64,000 nucleotides of DNA from Candidatus Bathyarchaeia archaeon (GTDB lineage: Archaea; Thermoproteota; Bathyarchaeia; Bathyarchaeales; Bathycorpusculaceae): positions 108,491-172,490 of the forward strand of contig JAVZLK010000002.1 of NCBI GenBank assembly GCA_038883795.1, in the 5' to 3' direction. The notes under the pieces are model-generated. The model ran no database searches. It was not told where the DNA came from and saw only the letters and a list, made by a program, of their open reading frames with translations. Positions 41,676 through 51,899 of the stretch are shown here, piece by piece. Every line of letters begins with the position of its first letter. Position 1 is the stretch's first letter. The translations under genes and the position numbers were made by a program.

Positions 41676-43085
41676 ATGGAGAAAGTTGGCATCCTCGTTG
41701 TTTCTTACGGAGCAAGAGAATCCGCCATAATAGACGCTTTCGCACGAAGCACAAATTATGATGTGAAAGTTTTTGTTGTTGATAAACAACGCAACCCCTT
41801 CAACGTCAAAAAGGCAACTAAGCATGTTGTTGTTCCAGATTTGAACGTGGAGGAAATATGCAAATTCGCAGAAAACAATAAGGACGAAATTGACTTTGGC
41901 ATAGTTGGACCAGAAAAACCCATAATCGACGGCGTCCGCGACCTTGTAGAAAAGCGAACGGGCATACCCATCATTTGTCCAAAAAAGCAATACGCTATAG
42001 AAGCAAGCAAAGTGCAACAGCGTCTACTATTCCAAAAAATTGTGCCAGAAGTGAATCCACGCTTCAAAATTTTCAACCCAAAAGATTACAAAACCCAAGA
42101 AGAAGCGAAAAAAGCTGTTTACAAATGGCTGGACGAACTTGAAAATAGGGCTGTCGTTAAACCAGACCAGCCAGCGGCCGGAAAAGGCGTAGGCGTATGG
42201 GGAGACCACTTCACGACACGTGAGCAGTTGTTCGAGCATTTTATGGCAAATTTCCAGCATGGAGCAGTAATAATCGAAGAGAAAATTGAGGGCGAAGAAT
42301 CAAGTTTTCAAGCTTTCTGCGACGGCAAACACTTGGTGCCTTTACCAGAAACCAGGGATTATAAGCGAGCCTTCGACGATGACAAGGGTCCAAACACTGG
42401 CGGTATGGGTTCCTATAAGGATGTTAGCGATGTTTTGCCTTTCATGACCGCTGCTGATAGGGCTAAAGAAGTTGAAATTGTTAAGCGAATCTTTGAAAAG
42501 TGGAACATTAAAGATGGTGATAGCCTAAGAGGCATTCCATTTTACGTGGCTTTTATGCACACGGGCAAGGAACCGAAAATCCTTGAAAACAACAGCAGAC
42601 CAGGCGACCCAGAAATAATCAACATTTTACCAATTTTGAAAGATGATTTTGTCGACATATGCTTCAAAATTTTGGAAGGAAACCTAACAAAAATCGAATT
42701 AGAAAAGGCTGCAACAGTTGTCACCTATAAGGTTCCGCCAAACTACGGCGGATACATAGACGCTTTTCCAAAACTTGTAGACAAAAACGAAATTGGCGCA
42801 CCAGTCGACCTAACAAGGGCTTACGAACTAACCAAAAAATATGGCGAAAAAATCCGCATCTATCCAGCCTCCATGGAACTTCGCAACAGCGAAACTTACG
42901 CCCTTAAATCAAGAGCTGTGGGTGTTGTGGGCATAGGCGACGACATAGAAACTGCTAGAAAAATTTCTCTTGAGGGCATAAAAGCCATTAAAGGCGGAGC
43001 ACTGTGGCATAGAAAAGACATAGCCTCTAAAAAGCATATAGAAAAAAGCATTAGACATATGGAGAGGCTGAGGCTTAAAAAGTGA
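41676..43085 (+). CDS. purD: Phosphoribosylamine-glycine ligase
   Basis: VGPEKP, AAGKGV, DYKRAFDDDKGPNTGGMGS, NSRPGDPE. Confidence 0.92.
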   Translation: MEKVGILVVSYGARESAIIDAFARSTNYDVKVFVVDKQRNPFNVKKATKHVVVPDLNVEEICKFAENNKDEIDFGIVGPEKPIIDGVRDLVEKRTGIPIICPKKQYAIEASKVQQRLLFQKIVPEVNPRFKIFNPKDYKTQEEAKKAVYKWLDELENRAVVKPDQPAAGKGVGVWGDHFTTREQLFEHFMANFQHGAVIIEEKIEGEESSFQAFCDGKHLVPLPETRDYKRAFDDDKGPNTGGMGSYKDVSDVLPFMTAADRAKEVEIVKRIFEKWNIKDGDSLRGIPFYVAFMHTGKEPKILENNSRPGDPEIINILPILKDDFVDICFKILEGNLTKIELEKAATVVTYKVPPNYGGYIDAFPKLVDKNEIGAPVDLTRAYELTKKYGEKIRIYPASMELRNSETYALKSRAVGVVGIGDDIETARKISLEGIKAIKGGALWHRKDIASKKHIEKSIRHMERLRLKK

Positions 43086-44164
43086 AGAGAGTTTTCATAT
43101 CGGACTGTGAAGGGCCAATCTCAAAAAATGATAATGCCTTCGAAATAACATCCCATTACGTTCCTAACGGAGACAAACTCTTTGCGGTTATAAGCAAATA
43201 TGATGATGTTTTGGCAGAAGTCCTAAAAAGACCAAATTATAAGGCTGGAGATACTTTAAAGCTTATTTTGCCCTTCTTAAAGGCTTATGATGTCACAGAC
43301 GCTAAAATGCGGGAATTTTCTGCTAAGAGCCTACTTTTAATTGCTAACGTGAAGGATACTCTATCGTATGTGAGAAATATAACCAATGCCTTTATTGTCA
43401 GCACAAGCTACCAGCATTACATAGAAGCCTTATGCCAAGCCCTAAATTTTCCATACGAAAACACTTATTGTACAAAGCTTCGCCTCGACAAATACTCCAT
43501 AACGGAGAAGGAAAGAAGCGAACTGAAAGAATTGGCAAAGGAAATTGTTAAGATGCCTTTAATCGAGATTCCTCCAAAGGCAAAAGCTCCAAGCGACTTC
43601 TCCAAAAGAGACCAAGAACTAATTGGTCGGCTTGACGAAATTTTCTGGAGCATCATCGCTAAAATGGAGATTGGCAAAATTTTCTCCGAAGTTAATCCAG
43701 TTGGGGGCAGCGAGAAAGCCGAAGCAGTGAAAAACGCGGCTAAAAAGGTTGGTGCGGAACTGGCGGATGTGATGTATGTTGGCGACAGCATAACGGATGT
43801 TGAAGTCTTTCGGCTTGTGAAAGAAAATGGTGGCTTAGCCGTTTCTTTCAATGGTAACGAGTATGCCATAAGAAATGCCGAAGTTGCTATTTTGTCGGAA
43901 AGCAGCATAGCCACAGCAGTAATTGCAGAATTGTTTAGCAATTTTGGAAAAGAACAAACACTAAAAATTGTCAAAAATTGGAGTAGTGAAACACTAAAGA
44001 CAGCGCTTACAAATCAAACATTGCTTAACAAACTTTTTAGTTTGTATCCTAAAAAATTGCCTAAAGTTAAAATAATAACAAAAGAGAATATGGATGCTCT
44101 GGCAAAAGAAAGTAGCGAATTCCGGAAAAAGGTTAGAGGCGAAGCCATAGGAAGACTGGGATAA
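43082..44164 (+). CDS. HAD-superfamily hydrolase (COG4030/EhaR-like)
   Basis: FISDCEGP (motif I variant), [20 protein letters not shown]; GTGA overlap with the purD stop. Confidence 0.82.
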   Translation: MKRVFISDCEGPISKNDNAFEITSHYVPNGDKLFAVISKYDDVLAEVLKRPNYKAGDTLKLILPFLKAYDVTDAKMREFSAKSLLLIANVKDTLSYVRNITNAFIVSTSYQHYIEALCQALNFPYENTYCTKLRLDKYSITEKERSELKELAKEIVKMPLIEIPPKAKAPSDFSKRDQELIGRLDEIFWSIIAKMEIGKIFSEVNPVGGSEKAEAVKNAAKKVGAELADVMYVGDSITDVEVFRLVKENGGLAVSFNGNEYAIRNAEVAILSESSIATAVIAELFSNFGKEQTLKIVKNWSSETLKTALTNQTLLNKLFSLYPKKLPKVKIITKENMDALAKESSEFRKKVRGEAIGRLG

Positions 44165-45075
44165 TGGTAAAAAAAGCTGAAGTGGAAGATACTTATGCAG
44201 AGGCTTTCGAAGGAATCTTCTCTAGAATAATTGTTACAGCTGATGACGAAGAAACATTGCGAAAAGCTGCTGAGGATGCCACGGCAACGCCATCGATAGT
44301 TATTGGCAGAGTTGAAGGCGGAATAGAAAAATGGCTAAGCGAAAAGGAAACTCCGGATAAGCGTGAAGGCGCTTTGCTCCAGTTTTGGGGTGGAATAGAC
44401 CCGAAAAAGCCCTTTTCAGAATCCCTAAAAAAATTTGAAGTTGAGCTTTCTTATAGAATTCGCCAGGACATTCTTGTTAAGCCTTTTACAGCAGTTTTTG
44501 ACGTAACACCAAAGGCTGAAGGAAAAATTGACATGATGGAGCGTGTTGGACACTGCGGAGACGGTTATGAGTGGGTTGAAAAACGCTTTGGGCGTGAGGT
44601 TATTGTTGTTCCCATAATGGTTCCAGATTTCATTATCGAGCGCTATATAGGCTATGCCCGTGGAGTTATGGGCGCAAACTTTTGGGTTATGTGCAAAACA
44701 AAACAAGCCCTAAAAAGGGCTGGAGAAAAAGCCTTAGAGGCGATTCACAAAATTGAGGGTGTAATAACGCCTTTTGACGTGTGCAGTGCTGGTTCCAAGC
44801 CCGAAACAAGTTTTCCATGGATTGGACCAACAACAAACCATCCCTACTGCCCATCCCTAAAAAAGAAGTTGGGCAAAGAATCAAAGGTTCCAGAAGGCGT
44901 CAACTATATTCCAGAAATCGTGATTAATGGCGTTTCGCTTGATGTCGTGAAAAGGGCTATGCGGGCTGGCATGGAAGCCGTATTAGAAGTGGATGGCGTG
45001 GTTAAGGTTTCAGCTGGAAATTATAGCGGAAAACTTGGCGATTATAAGATTTACTTGCGTGAGCTGTTTTCATGA
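44164..45075 (+). CDS. Formylmethanofuran:H4MPT formyltransferase (Ftr) family paralog (EhaS-like)
   Basis: [45 protein letters not shown]; divergent [11 protein letters not shown] core; TAATG coupling. Confidence 0.85.
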   Translation: MVKKAEVEDTYAEAFEGIFSRIIVTADDEETLRKAAEDATATPSIVIGRVEGGIEKWLSEKETPDKREGALLQFWGGIDPKKPFSESLKKFEVELSYRIRQDILVKPFTAVFDVTPKAEGKIDMMERVGHCGDGYEWVEKRFGREVIVVPIMVPDFIIERYIGYARGVMGANFWVMCKTKQALKRAGEKALEAIHKIEGVITPFDVCSAGSKPETSFPWIGPTTNHPYCPSLKKKLGKESKVPEGVNYIPEIVINGVSLDVVKRAMRAGMEAVLEVDGVVKVSAGNYSGKLGDYKIYLRELFS

Positions 45076-45986
45076 ACCGCTTTGACGTGGTAGGATTCGG
45101 CGCCTTAAACGTTGACAAACTGTTTAAGGTAAACAAAATAGCTGGGGCTGAAGAAGAAGGCTTCATCATAGACTGCCAAGAATGGTGCGGAGGCTCAGCA
45201 GCAAACACCACCGTAGGTTTGGCAAGGCTCGGCTGCAAAGTAGGCTTTATAGGAAAAGTAGCCAACGATAGGGAAGGAAAAATGCTAGTAGAAGATTTTC
45301 AAAAGGAGGGCGTCGACACAAACGGCATAATCTATGCCAAAAATGGCAGAAGCGGAACAGTTATGGGTTTCGTAGATCAAAAGGGCGAACGGGCATTATA
45401 CGTGGACCCAGGCGTGAACGACACAATAGAGTTTAACGAAATAAACAAGCATTACGCTTTTAACACGCAATTTTTGCATTTAACCTCTTTTGTTGGAGAA
45501 AAATCCTTCCAAACCCAAAAGAAGCTTGTGGAAATGTTGCCAGAAAATGTTAAGGTAAGCCTTGACCCAGGCGAATTATACGCCAGAAAAGGATTAGCGG
45601 CATTAGAGCCCATAATAAAGCGTGCTTTTGTTTTAATGCCAAACCAAAGAGAACTCGAACTCCTAACCAAAACCAAAGATTACAAGAAAGGCGCTGAGAT
45701 TTTGCTCGAAAAGGGCGTTAAAATAATTGCGGTAAAACTTGGCAATAAGGGCTGTTACGTTACCAATGGAAAGGAAAACCACCAAATAAACCGTTTTAAC
45801 GTAAAAGTTGTGGACACAACAGGCGCTGGCGATGCCTTTTGTGCTGGTTTTCTTTATGGTATTATTAATGGTAAAAGTTTGTATGAGTGTGGAAAACTTG
45901 GCAATTTTGTAGCGTCAAGATGCATAATGAAAATGGGCGCCAGAACAGGGCTTCCGCGCATTGAAGAATTAGAACTTCTTCGTTAA
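45072..45986 (+). CDS. PfkB/ribokinase-family kinase (nucleoside kinase-like, EhaT-like)
   Basis: [16 protein letters not shown]; ATGA coupling to the Ftr paralog. Confidence 0.9.
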   Translation: MNRFDVVGFGALNVDKLFKVNKIAGAEEEGFIIDCQEWCGGSAANTTVGLARLGCKVGFIGKVANDREGKMLVEDFQKEGVDTNGIIYAKNGRSGTVMGFVDQKGERALYVDPGVNDTIEFNEINKHYAFNTQFLHLTSFVGEKSFQTQKKLVEMLPENVKVSLDPGELYARKGLAALEPIIKRAFVLMPNQRELELLTKTKDYKKGAEILLEKGVKIIAVKLGNKGCYVTNGKENHQINRFNVKVVDTTGAGDAFCAGFLYGIINGKSLYECGKLGNFVASRCIMKMGARTGLPRIEELELLR

Positions 45987-46787
45987 ATATTCAATTAAGC
46001 TTTCAAAGATTAGTTTTCCATCGCCGTATTGTGGCATTTGCTTTTGTCTTGTCCAGTCTGGTTGTTGCCACCAATAGAATGCTCTTTCTGGATGCGGCAT
46101 CAAACCAAATACTGTTCCTTCGGGGTTGCATATTCCAGCTATGTCATGGAAAGAGCCGTTTGGGTTTGTTGGAAAACGACCCTCAGCATATTCGCCATTT
46201 TTATCGCAATAACGGAAGACTAGCTGGTCATTTTCGTAAAGCTTTTTCAGAAACTCCTTTTCCTTTTCTTTTGCAAACATGAATCTGCCCTCTGAATGGG
46301 CAACAGGAACTCGCAAAACTTTTCCATGCGGAATCTTCCAAGTAAATGCACATTTTCCCTTATTTTCGTGCCTAATGTAAATCCATCGGCAGTTATATCC
46401 AGGCGGAAAATTAGTTGCCAAAACTGCCTCTGGATATGGGCTTATTTCATCAAATCCTGGAAGAAAACCAGCCTCCACAAGCACTTGAAAGCCATTACAA
46501 ATGCCAAGGATTAAACGGTTTTCGTCTACAAAGGCTTTAAGCTCCTTGCCCAATTTAGCCATTATCCACTTCGCCCATATGGCGCCAGCCCGCACATAAT
46601 CCCCATAAGAGAAGCCTCCCGGAAAAACCAGAACGTGATACTCCAAAAGGTTTCCATGTTTAACCAGTTCATTTGCATGTACGATTTCAGCGTTGACGTC
46701 TAACTCTTCAAAAGCCCGTTTTGTTTCTGCGTCGCAGTTTGTTCCGCCAACTCTTAAAACGCAGACTTTAATCTCTTCTCGCTTCAT
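45969..46787 (-). CDS. purQ: FGAM synthase glutaminase subunit
   Basis: GTNCD, PGGFSYGD, GICNGFQ, MPHPER. Confidence 0.96.
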   Translation of the reverse strand: MKREEIKVCVLRVGGTNCDAETKRAFEELDVNAEIVHANELVKHGNLLEYHVLVFPGGFSYGDYVRAGAIWAKWIMAKLGKELKAFVDENRLILGICNGFQVLVEAGFLPGFDEISPYPEAVLATNFPPGYNCRWIYIRHENKGKCAFTWKIPHGKVLRVPVAHSEGRFMFAKEKEKEFLKKLYENDQLVFRYCDKNGEYAEGRFPTNPNGSFHDIAGICNPEGTVFGLMPHPERAFYWWQQPDWTRQKQMPQYGDGKLIFESLIEYLTKKF

Positions 46788-49171
46788 GTCCTAAACCCGC
46801 TGCTTAGGGTTCTTTTCCAACTTGTCAACAAATCTTTCAGCGAGGCATCGACAACAACTTCATTGTTTAATCCGTAAACGCATAACCTTGGAACTTTTGT
46901 GACCTTTCCTACTTCAGCATATGCCACACTTTTAAACAATGCTTCAAACTCTTCCTTTGCCTTTTGCGAAACTTCCATCAAAAAGCGACTGTTCGACTCA
47001 GAAAACAGAATGAAATCATTACGATTCAAATTTTCTCTCGGAACCTTCTGCAAATGTAATTCCATTCCATATCCACCAGCAAAAGCCATCTCCGCCGCCG
47101 CCACGCCTAAACCTCCCTCTGATAAATCATGGCAAGCCTTAACCAACCCTAAATCAATAGCTTTGGTAATTGCCCTAAAAGTTTTCTTGGCTTGTTTTGC
47201 CCGAACTTTCGGCACAGCATTTCCAACAAAACCCTTAAGCCTATAATATTCAGAACCGCCCAACTCGTTATAGGTTTGTCCAACAATGTAGATTAAGTCG
47301 CCGATATCCTTGACATCCATGGACACAACCAAACGGACATCTGGAACAATGCCCAAAGCAGTAATTAAAAGCGTTGGCGTAACCGTTCCAAGCGGAGACT
47401 CATTGTAGAGACTGTCCTTTCCAGAAATGAATGGTGTCTTAAAAGCGGTTGCAAAATCATAACAAGCCTCACAAGCCCTAACGAGACTGCCAAGAATTTC
47501 GGGCTTTTCCGGACTGCCCCACGTGAAATTGTCAAGTAAGGCTATTCTTCTTCCGCCAACAGACACATTATTCCTTATAGCTTCATCTATGGCTGAGGCA
47601 GTCATCCAATAAACATCAATTTTTCCATAATTCGGATTCATCCCACAAGAAATGACTAAACCTTTCCACGAATCCGCTAACGGTTTGAGAACGGCAGCAT
47701 CGTTGGGTCCAGAAAACTCGCCATGCAAGGGCTTAAGCAGAGTGTTTCCTTTTACCTCATGGTCATATGTGCGTATTACGCTTTCTTTGCTTGCAATGTT
47801 AGGCGATGACAAAAGGTGCATAAGCGTTTCAGTCAAGTTTTCTGGTTCTTGAAAGGATGGCTCTTCAAAAATTTTCGGCTTATATTCTGCGGTTCTTACA
47901 ACTTTAGGTGGTTCGAATAGAAATGGAATGTCTATTTCGGCAACTTTTTCGCCTTCATAATAAAGCCTTAAAACTTCATCCGACGTGTATTTTCCAATAG
48001 CATTAGCTTCCACATCCTCGTCCCTAAAAACTTCTAAAACTTTCTCCAAATTTTCTGGAGGAACAGCCAAAAGCATTCTCTCTTGGGATTCGGAAACGTA
48101 AATTTCCCAAGGAGCCAAACCAGGATATTTTAATGGAACCTTATCCAACTCAATAAAAGCGCCGCAACCAAATCGTTTTGCTGTTTCGCCAACCGCCGAT
48201 GATAAGCCTCCTCCGCCCAAATCTGTTATTGCAGAAGCAAGCTCGAAATCTCGAATCCTAATTATCGCCCTTTTCAGCTTTTCCTCCTCGATGGGATTTG
48301 CAATTTGAACTGCCGGTCTTGAAACTTCCTCTGACTTTTCTGTTAATACGGCTGATGCAAAGGTTACGCCGTGAATGCCATCTCGCCCGGTTCTTCCGCC
48401 AGCCAAAACTATAACATCGTCTGGTTTAGCGTTTCTCCTAAACTTTTTCAATGGAAGCAATCCAACGCATCCGCAGTAAACAACCACATTCCCAACATAA
48501 CTTTCATCAAAATATGTGGCGCCGTTAACCGTTGGAATGCCCATGTTATTGCCATAACTTCCAATACCAGCAACAACTCCCATGTAAACATACTTTGGAT
48601 GCTTAACGCCAGAAGGAAGCCTTTCATAATCAAAATTCAACGGACCAAAACCCAGAACATCCATACACGCTATGGGGTCAGCCCAAACTCCCAAAACATC
48701 CCGAATTACACCACCAACTCCGGTGGCTGCACCTCCAAAAGGTTCCACGGCTGATGGATGATTGTGAGTTTCAACCTTAACCGCCACTCCGTAACCCTTG
48801 TCAAAACGGATTATACCCGCGTTATCCTCAAAAATGGAAAAACACCATTTTGGCTTAATTTCATCGGTTGCCTTTGCAATGTAGGTTCTAAAAAGGCTTT
48901 CAATCTCCTTCCCATCGAATTTTATCTTACCCTTGAAAGTCTTGTGGAAACAGTGCTCAGACCATGTCTGCCCAATAGTTTGAAGTTCCACATCTGTTGG
49001 GTTTCTTCCTTTTCGCCTAAAATATTCTTGAATGCTCTTCATTTCTTGCAAATTTAAGCCTATGCCAAGTTCGCTGCTTATTTCCAAAAGCTGTTTTTCA
49101 GAAGCCTCTAAGACGTTGATTTCGAAAAGTGGAAAGGAAGTTTTTCTGCGAATGTAAAGGTTCACATTCAT
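46784..49171 (-). CDS. purL: FGAM synthase subunit PurL
   Basis: WSEHC.HK, ETHNHPSAVEPFGGAATGVGG, SESQERM, HDLSEGG. Confidence 0.97.
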   Translation of the reverse strand: MNVNLYIRRKTSFPLFEINVLEASEKQLLEISSELGIGLNLQEMKSIQEYFRRKGRNPTDVELQTIGQTWSEHCFHKTFKGKIKFDGKEIESLFRTYIAKATDEIKPKWCFSIFEDNAGIIRFDKGYGVAVKVETHNHPSAVEPFGGAATGVGGVIRDVLGVWADPIACMDVLGFGPLNFDYERLPSGVKHPKYVYMGVVAGIGSYGNNMGIPTVNGATYFDESYVGNVVVYCGCVGLLPLKKFRRNAKPDDVIVLAGGRTGRDGIHGVTFASAVLTEKSEEVSRPAVQIANPIEEEKLKRAIIRIRDFELASAITDLGGGGLSSAVGETAKRFGCGAFIELDKVPLKYPGLAPWEIYVSESQERMLLAVPPENLEKVLEVFRDEDVEANAIGKYTSDEVLRLYYEGEKVAEIDIPFLFEPPKVVRTAEYKPKIFEEPSFQEPENLTETLMHLLSSPNIASKESVIRTYDHEVKGNTLLKPLHGEFSGPNDAAVLKPLADSWKGLVISCGMNPNYGKIDVYWMTASAIDEAIRNNVSVGGRRIALLDNFTWGSPEKPEILGSLVRACEACYDFATAFKTPFISGKDSLYNESPLGTVTPTLLITALGIVPDVRLVVSMDVKDIGDLIYIVGQTYNELGGSEYYRLKGFVGNAVPKVRAKQAKKTFRAITKAIDLGLVKACHDLSEGGLGVAAAEMAFAGGYGMELHLQKVPRENLNRNDFILFSESNSRFLMEVSQKAKEEFEALFKSVAYAEVGKVTKVPRLCVYGLNNEVVVDASLKDLLTSWKRTLSSGFRT

Positions 49172-49419
49172 CTTTCTTCCTCAACCACAATCACATAATC
49201 ATCCTTAGTTGGATTAGCCAAAAGCCTCCTACACATCTCATCAGCCTTCGCATCAGCCTCCCTTCTCGATTCAGCTTCAAGAATTACGGTGTAAACCTTG
49301 CTGACATTTACAGTTTCAACTTTATAACCAAGTTCTTTCAGCAAATATGCTGTGGTCTCCCCTTCTGGGTCGCTATGTCCAGGCTTCAATTTTACTTCAA
49401 TTTTTAAGCGGTATTTCAT
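49168..49419 (-). CDS. purS: FGAM synthase subunit PurS
   Basis: LKPGHSDPEG...LLANP. Confidence 0.93.
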   Translation of the reverse strand: MKYRLKIEVKLKPGHSDPEGETTAYLLKELGYKVETVNVSKVYTVILEAESRREADAKADEMCRRLLANPTKDDYVIVVEEER

Positions 49420-49479
49420 AGGCTAAGTTTGAGTTTTAAGAGATTTAAACGCTTTTATCAGCAAAAAGGCAAAATCATC

Positions 49480-50556
49480 TCAAAAAATTTTCTTACCCTT
49501 ATAAAGAATTCTAATTCCTTTAGAATCCGTTACATGCCCTATAGGCTCAGCTTCTGCCCCATTCCTCTCCAAGACATCTACCGCCTTGTCCACATCCTTT
49601 TCGTCAACTATAACCGCAAAACCCCACCCCATATTAAACGTCTTAAACATCTCCTCATCCGTAATTTTTCCACCTAATTCTGAAGCAGTTTTCTGAATTA
49701 GCTCAAAAATAGGCTGCGGCTTAAAATTGTTAAATTCAAAACCTATCCCCTTAGAAAACCTTGTCAGTCTATCAAATTTTAAATACGCATCGCCAGTTAT
49801 GTGAACCGCAGCCTTAACCCTAACCTCTTCTGCAACCCTAAGCAAAGGCTTAACATAAATCTTAGTAGGCTCAAGAACTTCGTAAACAATTTCCCTACTC
49901 AATCCGTCTGGAACGTCGTAAGGTTCATATTTTCCACCCCAACGCTTAAAAAGAACCTTCCTCGCCAAAGAAACGCCATTACTATGAATTCCAGAACTTC
50001 TCAAGCCGACAATAACATCGCCAGCCTTTATGTCTCTTCCATAAATTATTTTTTCGCTAGAAACCAGCCCAATGGCTGCCACAACCAAATCAAAGCCTTT
50101 ACCCTTTACCAAACCTTTAACTATTTCAGCGACATCACCAATTTCCCCACTCGGCACAACACATCCAGCTTCAACAGCCCCTTTGGCTATTCCTTTCAAT
50201 AATTCCTCAATTAAGCTTGGATCAGAGACTTGAGCATGAATGTTATCTGCAACCGCTAAGGGTTTAGCCCCGGACCTAATAACATCATTAACAGCAACAG
50301 CAACACCATCAACTCCGATAGTATCAAACTTTTCAGCCAACTGCGCAACAAGAACCTTAGTGCCCACACCTTCGATAACCAAATCCAAAAAACAATCTTT
50401 TCCTATAGGAAAAATGTTCCCATAAGGAAGCTCAACAACCCCACCATAACAACTAAACCCATAAGTTTCCCTTAAAATCCTCAAAGCCCTCTTAGATTCT
50501 GATCTAAGTTTTCTGTTAACCCCAGCCCTAGCATAAGTAAATTCCCGAGGCAACAC
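49480..50556 (-). CDS. purM: AIR synthetase
   Basis: TYARAGV, EGVGTK, SSGIHSNG, HITG, EMFKTFNMG. Confidence 0.95.
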   Translation of the reverse strand: MLPREFTYARAGVNRKLRSESKRALRILRETYGFSCYGGVVELPYGNIFPIGKDCFLDLVIEGVGTKVLVAQLAEKFDTIGVDGVAVAVNDVIRSGAKPLAVADNIHAQVSDPSLIEELLKGIAKGAVEAGCVVPSGEIGDVAEIVKGLVKGKGFDLVVAAIGLVSSEKIIYGRDIKAGDVIVGLRSSGIHSNGVSLARKVLFKRWGGKYEPYDVPDGLSREIVYEVLEPTKIYVKPLLRVAEEVRVKAAVHITGDAYLKFDRLTRFSKGIGFEFNNFKPQPIFELIQKTASELGGKITDEEMFKTFNMGWGFAVIVDEKDVDKAVDVLERNGAEAEPIGHVTDSKGIRILYKGKKIF

Positions 50557-50670
50557 TAACCCTCTAACAGCAAGGCTTCATCTATTTTTATATGTAACAC
50601 AAATAACAGTTTTGCTTCTTAAGTAATAAGAAAGTTATCACTTAAAAAAATCAAATTATCTATTTGAATC

Positions 50671-51081
50671 TTACCTGCGCCTTATGCCCCGCAAAGAAAG
50701 AGGTAGTGTAGCACGTTGTTCTACTTTTGCTAAATTATCTTCTTCCTGAACCGCCTTAACTAACTTATTACCCACATAAGCACTTAACAACATATCCCGC
50801 AAAATATTAAATTGTCTCAAAAAAGCAAATCCCCGCTCACTAACCCTAAACAAAATTTTACCCTCCCTAACTTCCGCATCCAAGAAACCAATCTTAGTAA
50901 GGGACGGCAAATACTTCTTAAGCTGCGCATAATTAATGCCGGTGCGCTTCATAAGAGAATACAAAGCAGCACCATTATTTCCTGCAGCCTCTAATATTAA
51001 AGCAATAATCTCCATTTGACTTCTATACTTCTTTTGCAAAGGCAAGCAAATTAAATCAAATTCCTTATTATAGTTCGCCAT
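50671..51081 (-). CDS. Winged-helix transcriptional regulator
   Basis: YRSQMEIIALILE...LMKRTGINYAQLKKYL...VSERG..FL. Confidence 0.75.
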   Translation of the reverse strand: MANYNKEFDLICLPLQKKYRSQMEIIALILEAAGNNGAALYSLMKRTGINYAQLKKYLPSLTKIGFLDAEVREGKILFRVSERGFAFLRQFNILRDMLLSAYVGNKLVKAVQEEDNLAKVEQRATLPLSLRGIRRR

Positions 51082-51211
51082 AGCTCAAACCTTAACATTT
51101 TATGTGTGCATTGAACAAATTAGGGATTTTTTCCATAGACTCCATTGAAAACGCTTAGACAAAAACTTATATCTCATGCGGAGTGTTTTTATGTTATTTC
51201 AATAGTTTCAA

Positions 51212-51841
51212 TTGACAAGGAGAAAAGGCTTGCCCCATCAAAAGCTAACACGAAATGAAACACAACTTCTTCAAGAAGTTTTAAGCGCAGACTATAAAAA
51301 TGGCGACATACGCCTAAGAGAAGGAGAATACCAATACAACCTTGCTAAAACAATCGCCTCCTTCCACCTCGAATTACATTTCCCAGACGTCAAAGACATA
51401 ATAAAAAGATTATACGGCGAAGAAAAAATTAACGACGTCCAATTCATCCGCATGATCCAAACAATTTTAAAAAAAATGGAAAAAAGTAACGTCGTTAAAA
51501 TTTTGCCAAAGAAAAACCCCTGGGACCTACAAAGATACATGCTCTCCAGCTTCAAATTCCGAGACAGCGAAAAAAACCTCGTCAAATTTGCCACAGACGA
51601 ACAAATAAGACAAACGCAGATTCTGCTGCGATCCATAATAAATCAACAAGAAACACTAGAACCCAAACTAATTAATACCAAAGTTAAAATCTCCCTGCTA
51701 ACGTTAATAATAATTATTTCATATATAACCATCCTATGGAACCTCACTCAATTCACCATAAACCCAATAATCTTCGTTCCAGCTTTCTCAATAGCAATTG
51801 TTTGCGCCGTCATTCTTGGCAAAACTCTATCCGGGGAATAA
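51212..51841 (+). CDS. Hypothetical protein with a winged-helix-like region and two C-terminal TM helices
   Basis: IQTILKKMEKSNVVKILPK...RY wing-like segment; hydrophobic C-terminus. Confidence 0.65.
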   Translation: MTRRKGLPHQKLTRNETQLLQEVLSADYKNGDIRLREGEYQYNLAKTIASFHLELHFPDVKDIIKRLYGEEKINDVQFIRMIQTILKKMEKSNVVKILPKKNPWDLQRYMLSSFKFRDSEKNLVKFATDEQIRQTQILLRSIINQQETLEPKLINTKVKISLLTLIIIISYITILWNLTQFTINPIIFVPAFSIAIVCAVILGKTLSGE

Positions 51842-51899
51842 CGCCTTAACATTTAATAATCATATTATAAGAATTAACAAAAGGGAAGGTGAATAATAA

